Below, piece after piece: positions 29,934 to 39,589 of a stretch of 64,000 bases of DNA. Source of the stretch: Promethearchaeota archaeon. Lineage in GTDB: Archaea; Asgardarchaeota; Lokiarchaeia; Sigyniarchaeales; SOKP01. The number at the start of each line of letters is the position of its first letter. The stretch's first letter is position 1. The position numbers and the translations under genes are program-made. The notes below the pieces were generated by a model. That model had not been told where the DNA came from. It ran no database searches and saw nothing but the letters and a program-made list of their open reading frames with translations. The stretch is taken from positions 32,001-96,000 of the forward strand of contig JAHLWP010000008.1 in NCBI GenBank assembly GCA_019057865.1, written 5' to 3'.

Positions 29934-30419
29934 TTAAAATTTTAACGTAGCTTGACAAGCTGGACAATTTGGATAATCTTCATCCAATTCTTCTCCACAA
30001 AATGGGCAATAATTCTTTTTTTCTTTTTCTTCTTCCTCTTCCTTCTTAGGTTTCTTTCCAGCGGGTTTCTTTTTTTCCGGTTTTTTTTTTTGTGGTTCTT
30101 TTTTAACGGGTTCTTCTTCTGGGCCTTTTTCTTCTTCAACTTTTTCAAGTACTCTCTCTTTAGGTGTCATAGCTTCGCGTTTCTTTTTTGGTTTTTCAAA
30201 AGGTTCATCTGAATATTTTAATTTAGTAAAACAATCTGGGCAATAAGCTTTAGTTTTATTAGCAAGATAGATTAGATATACAATTACTGCAATACCGAGT
30301 GTTGCAATTATGACTATTTTCCATCTTGTTTTTTGACTTCTATTCAGTGGTTTTCTACTTGCTTGCTCGACTTCTTTCTTACATACCTCACAATATGCAT
30401 ATTTGATTTTTTTTGGCAT
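29934..30419 (-). CDS. LITAF-like zinc protein with C-terminal zinc ribbon
   Basis: CEVC - hydrophobic stretch - YCPDC; K/E/P linker; CPFCG..CPAC. Confidence 0.65.
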   Translation of the reverse strand: MPKKIKYAYCEVCKKEVEQASRKPLNRSQKTRWKIVIIATLGIAVIVYLIYLANKTKAYCPDCFTKLKYSDEPFEKPKKKREAMTPKERVLEKVEEEKGPEEEPVKKEPQKKKPEKKKPAGKKPKKEEEEEKEKKNYCPFCGEELDEDYPNCPACQATLKF

Positions 30420-30541
30420 TTTTCCCCATCATTTAACGTTTAAAATGTGCTTTTTTATTAATAGATTATATAATTAAAAAAAGTTTTTAATACCTAATAA
30501 TCAAGTTCTTTTATTTTTATATAAATTTATATGAATTTATC

Positions 30542-31855
30542 TTGCAAGAAAACTCATTTTACATTGAAACGTATGGATGCACATCTAATAAAGCAGACTC
30601 TTATATAATTTCTAATGCCCTAAAAAAATCAAATTATACACAAACAAGCTTAGAAGATGCCCAATTTGTAATAATAAATACATGTGCCGTTAAGGAGCAA
30701 ACGGAGAATAAAATTAAAGCACGTTTAAAAAATTTATATGAATTATTTCATAACAATCCTAATAAGCATACTATTATTGCTGGATGTTTACCTCATATTG
30801 CCCCCAATTATATCGAAGTTATTAAGAAAATTGTCCCAAATTTTTCTGCAATTATAGATTTGGATAATATACACGTAATTCCAGAGATATTTCAAGATAT
30901 TAAGGAAGGAAAGGAAAATCTAATTTTTAAATCAGAAAAACCAATAGATAAAGCAGAATTTTATATCGATCATGAACCAGGAAAAATTACAGGAATTATT
31001 CCAATTTCAGAGGGGTGTTTAGGCTCATGTACTTATTGTTGTGTTAAAAACGCACGAGGTAAGTTAAATTGCTACAATCCAAAAAGAATTGTTGAAAATA
31101 TCGAGTATCAATTAAATCAGGGAATTAAACAAGTATATTTGACTTCACAAGATTGTAGTACATATAGATATAATGGCACTAATTTGCTTGATTTAGTTAA
31201 GCAAATCGTCAATTTAGACTTCAGGTTTTTTCTGAGAATTGGAATGATAAATCCCAGTTTTTTAATTGATAACATTTATCAGTTGATTTCGATTTTTAAA
31301 TTAAACAAAGTGTATCAATTTCTACACATTCCAATTCAATCTGGTAGTAATAGAATTTTAAAAATAATGCAAAGAAAATATCTCATTCCTGATATTGTCA
31401 ATAAAATTGGAATTTTAAGAGACAGTTTTCCTAATTTAACTATATCAACTGATATTATCTGTGGATTTCCAGGTGAAACTGAAGATGACTTCTATAGAAC
31501 TATTGATTTTATAAAATGGTTAAAGCCAGAAATATTGAATATCTCAAAATTTACTCCCCGTCCTGGAACAAAAGCGAAGGATATGATGCAATTAGATAGT
31601 AGAATAATAAAAGAAAGATCAATCCAATTATCAAGAGTGTTTCGTAAGAGTTTAACTAATATCAATGAAAAATGGAAAGATTGGGAGGGAGAGGTCTTAG
31701 TTTTACATGAGGGTACAAAACGAAATCAAGCTTTTGGGAGGAATATAGCATATAAAAATATCTTTATAGACAAATTTAAAGGAGAGTTTGGGAATTTTGT
31801 TAATGTAGAAATTCATAGAGTTGATGGTTTTAATTTATTTGGAAAAATTTTCTAA
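30542..31855 (+). CDS. Radical-SAM tRNA methylthiotransferase (archaeal MiaB-like / e-MtaB)
   Basis: ETYGCTSN, NTCAV, AGC, CLGSCTYC, HIPIQSGS, TDIICGFPGET, TRAM-like end. Confidence 0.9.
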   Translation: MQENSFYIETYGCTSNKADSYIISNALKKSNYTQTSLEDAQFVIINTCAVKEQTENKIKARLKNLYELFHNNPNKHTIIAGCLPHIAPNYIEVIKKIVPNFSAIIDLDNIHVIPEIFQDIKEGKENLIFKSEKPIDKAEFYIDHEPGKITGIIPISEGCLGSCTYCCVKNARGKLNCYNPKRIVENIEYQLNQGIKQVYLTSQDCSTYRYNGTNLLDLVKQIVNLDFRFFLRIGMINPSFLIDNIYQLISIFKLNKVYQFLHIPIQSGSNRILKIMQRKYLIPDIVNKIGILRDSFPNLTISTDIICGFPGETEDDFYRTIDFIKWLKPEILNISKFTPRPGTKAKDMMQLDSRIIKERSIQLSRVFRKSLTNINEKWKDWEGEVLVLHEGTKRNQAFGRNIAYKNIFIDKFKGEFGNFVNVEIHRVDGFNLFGKIF

Positions 31856-31870
31856 CTAATAATTAACTTT

Positions 31871-31954
31871 TTAAGCCATTCCAAAATATTCTAATGCTTT
31901 TTTTGCTATTTGATCACCCCATTCTTGGACAAAATGTCCTGCTTCCTTAATTCT
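31871..31954 (-). pseudogene. 3'-terminal remnant of a haloalkane dehalogenase-like alpha/beta hydrolase
   Basis: RIKEAGHFVQEWGDQIAKKALEYFGMA*: catalytic-His motif AGHFVQE of DhlA-type enzymes; preceded by an in-frame stop. Confidence 0.7.
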
Positions 31955-32147
31955 TCATACACTTTAAGGCTATCAATATAATGACGTTTATAGGGAAAAT
32001 AGGGAGATTCTCAAACCTTTCGCCCGGAGTTCTTAAAAAATTTATCATTTTAAGACAACTTAGTTATGCAAATTAATTATATATAAATTTGAATTATATA
32101 GATGATTTTAAATATAAAAATATTTTTAGATTATCCAAAATTATATT

Positions 32148-32426
32148 TTGGTCAGTCATTTTCAATATAATATAATCTTGGATATAGAGAAATATCTTCT
32201 CAAACTTAAAAGTGGAAAAACTTCAGAAAAATTAAAGGATAAAGAAATCGGAGTACAATTGAATGATGATATAGCAAAATATAAAACTCATCCGAATTGT
32301 AAGATACTATATTGTTTTATCTACGATCCTCAAGAATTAATATCTAATCCTGATGGACTTCAAAATGATTTATCTCAAGAAAAAGAAGAATTCAAGGTAA
32401 AAGTAATAATAACCCCAAAGAGATAG
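32148..32426 (+). pseudogene. C-terminal fragment of a PD-(D/E)XK restriction-endonuclease-like protein
   Basis: QLNDDIAKYKTHPNCKILYCFIYDP..LISNPDGLQNDLS resembles DpnII/MboI-like REase C-termini; N-terminus missing. Confidence 0.55.
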
Positions 32427-32733
32427 AAATAATTTATAAATCTAACATTAAATCAAAAGGATTCATTCTTTATTAGAAAAAAGAGAAGTTAGATGAAAAT
32501 ATTAAATAGTAGTATGTACTATTCTTCTATTATAAAGATAGAGAATCTTATAATGTGATTTCCGATGTCAAATAATTTTAAATCAGATAGAAACTCCAGA
32601 ATGGAATATACTTATATATATATATATATGTATACCGAATTTTACGGAAAAACGAGTTATTTACATCGCCCACCGATTATTAAATTAGAAATTGCTTAAA
32701 TATGCAAAATTGTAATATTTATTTTTATTCGAG

Positions 32734-32776
32734 TTAAAGAATAAATCTAATAAAATTGAAATGTAAATTTAAAACT
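32734..32776 (+). repeat. 43-bp direct repeat, left copy
   Basis: ttaaagaataaatctaataaaattgaaatgtaaatttaaaact; 40/43 identical to 34977..35019. Confidence 0.8.
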
Positions 32777-33005
32777 TAGGTGATAATTTTTCTTAATATA
32801 TATTTATTTCTTGGAGAAAAGCGACAAAATTCTTAAAATAAGTAAATAAATTAAACAATGGATAAAATTAATAAATATATAATATAAGAAACTGAACTTA
32901 GGATGATAATAAAATTTAAAATAAATTTAATTTTAAAAATTAATTCTAATATATTGATAGAAAAAAAATAATGTTTTAAAAATTTTGGAATAGAAGGTAT
33001 TTATA

Positions 33006-33665
33006 ATGATAATTGAATCTTACGAGCCTTTCCATGTTGGTTCAAAATTTAGATATTATGTTGATAATTTAATTTTAGCTAAATTGTATGAATATTATGA
33101 AAAAAATAAAAAAAAAGACTTTGAATTAAATTCAGATATTCTTAGTGGAGATAAATATATCTCACCAATATTAAATATTATTACGAATAAAAAAGAAAAA
33201 CTAACAATTCAATTGAATCTTTCTGCAAATGCTTTGAATTTTATTGGAAATGAACCAGAAATGGTAATTGAGTTATTCACTGAATTATTAGATAAGTTAC
33301 CTGAATTGGGATTTGAATTAAAATCAACTTTTTCATTTTATGAAATCATAACTAATATTATAATAAAATTAGAAGAACAAGATAAAAAACCAAGTGAAAT
33401 TTTTGAAAAATTCTCATCGTTGGCCCTTACAGAATTAAATCATATTCCAGATTTGGGAATTAATTATATTAGATTTTCAAATAAGTTAGTACAAATGGAC
33501 GATGATGAGCGTTTTAATTTAGAAGTATCACCAAATCGAACAAGTCCAGATAAAAGAATAATTTTAAAGATTCTGAATAGATCAAATGATTATAAGAAAA
33601 TTATTGAATTTCAGAAGAATTTAGAAGAATCTATTAAAGAAATTTTTAATAAATTGGTGGAGTGA
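33006..33665 (+). CDS. Hypothetical protein (possibly TIGR04255-like)
   Basis: 219-aa ORF in a very AT-rich cassette; GTGA overlap with next gene. Confidence 0.6.
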   Translation: MIIESYEPFHVGSKFRYYVDNLILAKLYEYYEKNKKKDFELNSDILSGDKYISPILNIITNKKEKLTIQLNLSANALNFIGNEPEMVIELFTELLDKLPELGFELKSTFSFYEIITNIIIKLEEQDKKPSEIFEKFSSLALTELNHIPDLGINYIRFSNKLVQMDDDERFNLEVSPNRTSPDKRIILKILNRSNDYKKIIEFQKNLEESIKEIFNKLVE

Positions 33666-34363
33666 TATTGTCGAGTTGTGAATTTGAGGATCCATCATTA
33701 ACTAATACATCAGACCAATCTAATCTAACGCTTTTGGGATTAAAAAGAAAAATCCCTCTTTATAAAACGAATATCGAGATTGAATATGATACTTCTTCAC
33801 TAATTCTGACTTATGAACATGATATAAGATCAATGAATTTAACTTTTGAGCCTAATACTGCGATGGTGGGTCTTTCAGAGCCAGATATATTCGTATTAGA
33901 AGCAATTGAACCTATTATAAATAAGATAAAGTTTATTGAACCGATTTATACTATAAGGGAGAGTGTTGAACCAGTTATATCCTGGATGAGATCTATTGAA
34001 TCTGCTTTAACAATGACCAGAATTGTTGAACCATTTATTCCAATAGCAAAATGTATTGAACCAATCAATACAATAGTAAATATATTAAAGCCAATTAAAG
34101 AGATTATGAAACCCTTTGAACTAATTAATAAGTTGGTTGATAATTTTGAAGTAATGAGTTTTACAAAGTTAGAATCAGAAAAGGAAAATATTGAAGAACC
34201 AGATGACTTTTTTATTTTATCCAATAATAATAACGATCTCTTTTTAAGCTCAGAAGAAGAAATAGATGCTCTTTTAAATGAGTTAAAAAATGTCAAATAT
34301 GATGAAGAATTGGCAAGATTTTTTTCTGAATATGAGAATGATATAGAAGATTTAACGGAGTAA
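33662..34363 (+). CDS. Acidic hypothetical protein with 10-aa IEPI repeats
   Basis: IEPIINKIKF IEPIYTIRES VEPVISWMRS IESALTMTRI VEPFIPIAKC IEPINTIVNI LKPI. Confidence 0.6.
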   Translation: MILSSCEFEDPSLTNTSDQSNLTLLGLKRKIPLYKTNIEIEYDTSSLILTYEHDIRSMNLTFEPNTAMVGLSEPDIFVLEAIEPIINKIKFIEPIYTIRESVEPVISWMRSIESALTMTRIVEPFIPIAKCIEPINTIVNILKPIKEIMKPFELINKLVDNFEVMSFTKLESEKENIEEPDDFFILSNNNNDLFLSSEEEIDALLNELKNVKYDEELARFFSEYENDIEDLTE

Positions 34364-34367
34364 TACT

Positions 34368-34913
34368 TTATTTCATAATTTGATGTAAATCAAAAAACAT
34401 TTTTATTGTTCTTTTTTTTGGTTTTGCTCCATTTTTTAATTCTTCAAGAATTTTTTCTCCTAAAATCGGCTTAGTAAATTTAAATTTATATTTTAAATAA
34501 AAATTAATTGATTTTAAATTAGTCTTAGCATCAACAATCAAGAATCGACATCCCACATCAATAGAAATCTTTTTTGCAACATTAACTGCTTTTTTTATAA
34601 GATCTAATCCAAAACCTTGTCTATGAAATTTTCTATCAACTGCTAATCTTCCAACTAATAAACCAGGTATACTTTGTAATTTTTTCTTTATTGCCATTTC
34701 TTCACTAAATTCAACAACACCACACGAAATAGCGATGTAACCAATAATAATAATAGAATTATTATTCTCCTTTATAAAATAAATCTGGTCATAACTTTCT
34801 TTTAAATAATCTATAGCGTCATTATAAAAAAAATCGTTTAATTCTGGATTTCCACTATCAAAAGAAGCCTCAGCTATAGGAAAATTAACATTAATTTTTT
34901 GGAGTTTTGGCAT
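34368..34913 (-). CDS. GNAT acetyltransferase, AtaT/TacT toxin-like
   Basis: FDSGNPELNDFF, IPGLLVGRLAVDRKFHRQGFG, GCRFLIVDAK, FYLKYKF. Confidence 0.8.
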   Translation of the reverse strand: MPKLQKINVNFPIAEASFDSGNPELNDFFYNDAIDYLKESYDQIYFIKENNNSIIIIGYIAISCGVVEFSEEMAIKKKLQSIPGLLVGRLAVDRKFHRQGFGLDLIKKAVNVAKKISIDVGCRFLIVDAKTNLKSINFYLKYKFKFTKPILGEKILEELKNGAKPKKRTIKMFFDLHQIMK

Positions 34914-34976
34914 ATTACATACATTTATTGTTTATAAGGATTTTAAATTTTAGGATATATTATCATAAAAAATTAA

Positions 34977-35019
34977 TTAAAGATTAAATCTAACAAAATT
35001 GAAATGTAGATTTAAAACT
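34977..35019 (+). repeat. 43-bp direct repeat, right copy, with internal inverted arms
   Basis: ttaaagattaaatctaacaaaattgaaatgtagatttaaaact; arms TTAAATCTA / TAGATTTAA around a 14-bp spacer. Confidence 0.8.
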
Positions 35020-35214
35020 CTTATTGGAAATTAATGATTTCATAAAAATCATAGTCTTGGATTTTTGATTATTTAGAAAATTAAAATCTTTAGAACTTAT
35101 ATGTAATCAAAGATCAATTCAAATTTTTTTGGAAAATTAATATGATCATATAAAAAACTGAAAAAATTTATTTAATTCAATTTATATAAATTTGAAATAT
35201 ATTTGATTAATCTT

Positions 35215-36387
35215 ATGTCTAAAAAATTATTTTGGGAGAATTCATATGATACTAAATTCAGCGCTAAGGTAGTATCAATTGGAGAAAAAGTTATTTTACT
35301 TGACAAAACTTTGTTTTATCCTGAAAGTGGAAATCAGTTAAGCGACCGTGGGTATTTGGAAATTAATGACCATAGATTTAGAGTTGAGAAAGTCACTAAG
35401 GAGGGAGAAGATATATTACATCATATTTCTCCTGATTTTAAAAATAAAATTAATATTGGAGATGAAGTTGAAGGAGAAATTGATTGGGAATTTCGATATG
35501 GTTTAATGAAAGCCCATTCCTCTCAACACATTTTATCTGCAATAATTAAGAATAAATACAATATTGATACTGTCCGCGCTAATCTTAATCTTGAAGACGT
35601 CAATCTACAATTATCCCAAGAAATAAGTTATGACCAATTAAAAGAAGTATTACTTGATGTAAACACAATTTGTACTTCAAATGATCTTAAAATCAATTCA
35701 AAAATCGTTCCCCATGAGGAAGCTGAAAAAATATCTGAAAAAATTAGAAGTACAATTCCTAATGAATCTCAGGTTCGATTGATGGAAATTGAAGGTTTGG
35801 ATTTAGTTTGTTGTGGAGGAACTCATGTTAGGAATACTTCAGAAATTGGAGAAATTTTTATCTATGATTTTAAAAAAGGAACTGAGATAAAATATTTTGT
35901 GGGAAATAAAGCCTTACAGGCGAGTTCAACTAATAACATTGATATGGTAACTCTAGTTAATAATTTAAACACTCCTATCGGAAAACTTAAAGGAATCATT
36001 GAAAAACGTTTAGAATACATCGAAAATGTTCAAGACCGACAAAAAGATTTATCAATCAAGTTACTAGAGTTTATTTCAAAGACACCCTTTAAAATTATCA
36101 AAAATATCCCACTCTTCTATATTGATTTTAATATTGACATAAAGCTTCTTAGTAGTATGTTAAATCTTTTTCCGCAAGATTCAATCATTATTGTAAGAAT
36201 GGACTTCAACAAAATAAGATTACTCTCTTTAAGTGAGTTAATAGATGCTAATGAAATCTTAAAAAAGTTGATTATTGATTACGGTGGAAAAGGAGGAGGT
36301 AATCCTAAATCAGCTCAAGCATTTTTAGAAAAAATTCCTAAAGATCTCTTATCTAAGATAGAATTACTTATCTCAAACTCTATTTAA
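35215..36387 (+). CDS. AlaX-L-type alanyl-tRNA editing protein with DHHA1 domain
   Basis: TLFYPESGNQ, HSSQH, CCGGTHV, C-terminal GGKGGGNPKSAQ; ATG 35215 (TTG 35203 alternative). Confidence 0.88.
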   Translation: MSKKLFWENSYDTKFSAKVVSIGEKVILLDKTLFYPESGNQLSDRGYLEINDHRFRVEKVTKEGEDILHHISPDFKNKINIGDEVEGEIDWEFRYGLMKAHSSQHILSAIIKNKYNIDTVRANLNLEDVNLQLSQEISYDQLKEVLLDVNTICTSNDLKINSKIVPHEEAEKISEKIRSTIPNESQVRLMEIEGLDLVCCGGTHVRNTSEIGEIFIYDFKKGTEIKYFVGNKALQASSTNNIDMVTLVNNLNTPIGKLKGIIEKRLEYIENVQDRQKDLSIKLLEFISKTPFKIIKNIPLFYIDFNIDIKLLSSMLNLFPQDSIIIVRMDFNKIRLLSLSELIDANEILKKLIIDYGGKGGGNPKSAQAFLEKIPKDLLSKIELLISNSI

Positions 36388-36442
36388 AGAAGTAGTTTTA
36401 TTGTAATTGTTAAAAAAATTGAATGTTATATTTTATTCGTGC

Positions 36443-37330
36443 CTACTTTATGTTATATTTTTCTAGCAATGCTGTTAATCTAGACCTATGAAACTTTAAT
36501 CCGAGGTCATCTGGATTCTCTCCAAATGCTAAAGCCATTAGTTCAGTTAGATATATTATTGGAATATTAAAAGTTTTGTTCGACTGAGTCGCTGCTTTCT
36601 TTTGATTCGTATCCATTTGTTGAAAGCAAGCAGGGCAAATAACTACAAATGCTTCAGCTCCAGCATCTAGAGCACTAGTGAATTTATTGGCTAAGACTTG
36701 CAACGAGGTTTCTTCCTCAGTATTTCCTACCCCCGAACCGCAGCAAAGCATTTCTTCAGCATAATCTATTGGAGTTGCACCTGTGGCAGCAACTAGCTCT
36801 CTTAATTTTACTGGTTCCATTGGATCATCAGTTTGCATGATTTCTGAAGGTCTATTATAATGACATCCTGTATGGCATGCTATTTTTAATCCTGATAAAT
36901 CACGAACTATATTTTCCTTGATTTTTTCATCTTCTAACTCGTGTAAAACTTCGACAAAATGTTTTACATTGATAGTTCCTTTAAACTCTCGCCCAACCGT
37001 TTTTAAAATTTTATTTATCTTTTCTTTTTCATGATCATTATGAGATAATTCATGATTTACCGCTTTTAGAGTTTGAAAGCAACCATTACATAAGGATACT
37101 ATATTTTTACCTTCTTCTTCGGCAATAGTAAGATTACGTGCACCCATTGCTAACCAACTAGTATGATCTACAGCATTAAATCCAACCGGGTCTGGACAAC
37201 AAGCAAACGGAGCATCAGATGTTTTTATTCCCAGTTTATCAAATACTTTTCTTGCTGAAGCTTCAATAAACGGAATTCTATTTCCAATTGTACACCCTTG
37301 GAACATTTTATATTCTTCTGCTTTTGCCAT
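36443..37330 (-). CDS. hdrB: Heterodisulfide reductase subunit B
   Basis: FQGC, CCPDP, ARNL, CNGC, HTGCH, CCGSG, CPACFQQMD. Confidence 0.9.
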   Translation of the reverse strand: MAKAEEYKMFQGCTIGNRIPFIEASARKVFDKLGIKTSDAPFACCPDPVGFNAVDHTSWLAMGARNLTIAEEEGKNIVSLCNGCFQTLKAVNHELSHNDHEKEKINKILKTVGREFKGTINVKHFVEVLHELEDEKIKENIVRDLSGLKIACHTGCHYNRPSEIMQTDDPMEPVKLRELVAATGATPIDYAEEMLCCGSGVGNTEEETSLQVLANKFTSALDAGAEAFVVICPACFQQMDTNQKKAATQSNKTFNIPIIYLTELMALAFGENPDDLGLKFHRSRLTALLEKYNIK

Positions 37331-37484
37331 GATAAGTATCTTCCTTTCTTCTTTATTAATTATTTTATTTATATCTAAGTTGGATTATATTGAGTAAATT
37401 AAAAAATTTGTTAATTCAAATTTGTTAAGTTTATTTATATAATTAAAAAAAAAGTATAAGAAAATATTTTTTCTGAAATTGTTA

Positions 37485-37916
37485 TTAATCTTTCTTTAAT
37501 TTCATTCGGGCAATAATAGTTAATATGACACCTAAGAAACCATAACTACCATGGATAGTTTCAATAACAATTTGATCCAGTTCCTCGAGAATTGAACCTT
37601 CAACTATACCTGTGATTAAAAAAATTAATAAACTAATCAATCCCATACCAGCCCCGATTCCAATAATAAATTTACCTAATCTATAATGATCCATTGCAAC
37701 AATTAAAGAACCGACTATAACAGAGATTCCTCCTGCCATGGCGATATATCCTAAGATTTGGATAACAAGGGAAACAATTTTAGCCACATCTTCTCCAACA
37801 TCAGCTTCAATTAAATCAAAAAGAGTTTCAAAAAATGTAATACTCCCTATAACAGAACCGATTATCATTAAAATTCCGCCAATTATACATAGTAATATCC
37901 ATTTTTTATTTTCCAT
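37485..37916 (-). CDS. Hypothetical 4-TM membrane protein
   Basis: Hydrophobic; paralog of 38977..39534 (GG..M.I...IGSI; YRLGKF.IG.G). Confidence 0.7.
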   Translation of the reverse strand: MENKKWILLCIIGGILMIIGSVIGSITFFETLFDLIEADVGEDVAKIVSLVIQILGYIAMAGGISVIVGSLIVAMDHYRLGKFIIGIGAGMGLISLLIFLITGIVEGSILEELDQIVIETIHGSYGFLGVILTIIARMKLKKD

Positions 37917-38041
37917 TGTTTTTCTAACCTTTTTTAATTAATTTTTACTATATTTAAAAATTCAAAGTATAAATTTTTACAAATAATTATTAACTACTTT
38001 AATTAAGAGCATTTAAATATTTCTTTAATAAAAGATTAGAA

Positions 38042-38857
38042 CTAAATTAAAATTCTTTCAGGATGAGAATAAATATTCATTCTTGCTCCCCTTACAAATC
38101 CTATTAATGTAATTCCATAAGCAAAAGCTAACCTTATACCGGATTCTATTGCTGCTGATAAAGATGCAACAATCGGAATCTGGGCCCTAATTGCTTTTAA
38201 AACAGAATCTCCTGTTAATCTGCCTGTTGATATTAATATTAGGTTTTGAAAATGATGTTCTTTTAACAATAAATCCCCTATGACTTTATCAATTGCGTTG
38301 TGTCTACCAATATCTTCTTTGACACTTATTAAATTGCCTTCTAAATCAGAAATAGCGGCACCATGACATCCACCAGTTTCCCGATATAATTTTGTTTTTA
38401 TTTGCATTTCTTTAATAGCAGAATATATTATATTTGATTTGATTTTAAAAGTTGATTTTCTTTTAAGAGATTCTTTTACTTCATACTTTTCTAAACTGTT
38501 CTTTATGATATTTCTCCAAGGAGATGAAATTCCACATGTTGTATCAACAACTCTACTAACAGGGTTTATCTCAAGATCTTTCAAACTGAAATCTATAGAA
38601 TCATCTAATTCAATGAAGATTTTCTTTTCCAACTCTTTTACATTAATAGATTTTACTTCTTTTATTGAATTGATTATTCCAATAGAGAATAAAAATCCAG
38701 CACTCAATTCTTTAAGATCTTTAGGCAAACAAATAATATTAACTAAGGATTCAGAGTTTACAATTATATCTATAGGGCTTTCAATAAGAATTAAATCATC
38801 TTCTTCACTTCTTTGATTTTTCTTTATCCGAGTAATATTTACCTTTCGCTGAAACAA
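38042..38857 (-). CDS. fdhD: Formate dehydrogenase accessory sulfurtransferase
   Basis: GFLFSIG, TTCG, TGGCHGAA, EDIGRHNAIDKVIG, TGRL, TLIGFVR. Confidence 0.92.
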   Translation of the reverse strand: MFQRKVNITRIKKNQRSEEDDLILIESPIDIIVNSESLVNIICLPKDLKELSAGFLFSIGIINSIKEVKSINVKELEKKIFIELDDSIDFSLKDLEINPVSRVVDTTCGISSPWRNIIKNSLEKYEVKESLKRKSTFKIKSNIIYSAIKEMQIKTKLYRETGGCHGAAISDLEGNLISVKEDIGRHNAIDKVIGDLLLKEHHFQNLILISTGRLTGDSVLKAIRAQIPIVASLSAAIESGIRLAFAYGITLIGFVRGARMNIYSHPERILI

Positions 38858-38976
38858 AATTCTGACCTTGAGATGAATTGAATTCCTTTTTTTAGGATTT
38901 CAATATCTTTTTTATCAATAATATAGTTTTTATTAAAATAATAAGTGAAAAAATAAATTCTAAAATTAAATTTTAA

Positions 38977-39534
38977 CTAAGTTCCTTCGTTTTCTTCAAA
39001 AATATCTTCTTTTTTTTCTAGTTTTACTTCTTGTTTTACTTTTTTAGGTTTTTTAGGTTCCTTAGGTTCTTTAGATTCCTTAGGTTTTTTAATAAACGAT
39101 CTTCCGATTATTGCAACTAATACTCCTGTAAATGCTAAGCCCGTATTATAAGAAAAAAAATCTTCTAGTCTATCTAAATAAGCTATAATTTCTGGATCAG
39201 TGACTATGTCAGTTCTATGTACAACTTCAGAAGCAATCCAGATAATAAGAGCTAGCGACCCAAATGTTAAACCAACACCTATGAGAAATTTCCCTAATCT
39301 ATACTGATTTACTAAAATAAAGAGTGTTCCGACAATGACTGCAATACCTCCGGTATCTGCTATGATTCTTAGAACTATTATTGCAACTTTTCCTATTGGT
39401 ACATAGTCTGGAGGAATTTCTTCAGACACATATTCCCAAAGAAATTCATAAATACCGATAGATCCAATTGCAGCACTAATGACCATGCAAATTCCGCCCA
39501 AAAACAACATAATTATTCCTGTCTTATGTTTCAT
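38977..39534 (-). CDS. Hypothetical membrane protein
   Basis: Paralog of 37485..37916 with KEP-repeat tail. Confidence 0.7.
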   Translation of the reverse strand: MKHKTGIIMLFLGGICMVISAAIGSIGIYEFLWEYVSEEIPPDYVPIGKVAIIVLRIIADTGGIAVIVGTLFILVNQYRLGKFLIGVGLTFGSLALIIWIASEVVHRTDIVTDPEIIAYLDRLEDFFSYNTGLAFTGVLVAIIGRSFIKKPKESKEPKEPKKPKKVKQEVKLEKKEDIFEENEGT

Positions 39535-39589
39535 TTAAACACCATTATAAACTTGAAATTTTTAAATAATACTATAAAAAATTATAATT

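Noticed and set aside
32440-32494. Integron attC-like ends ATCTAAC ... GTTAGAT just after the REase fragment
   Set aside because: The R boxes are complementary but the interior has no pairing L boxes, and no integrase or further attC sites are visible; likely chance in AT-rich DNA
32613-32629. (TA)n microsatellite
   Set aside because: Short, intergenic, expected in very AT-rich DNA; no evidence of phase variation
32734-35019. CRISPR interpretation of the 43-bp repeat (contains ATTGAAA)
   Set aside because: Only two copies, 2.2 kb apart, with genes between them; no spacer-length periodicity and no cas genes
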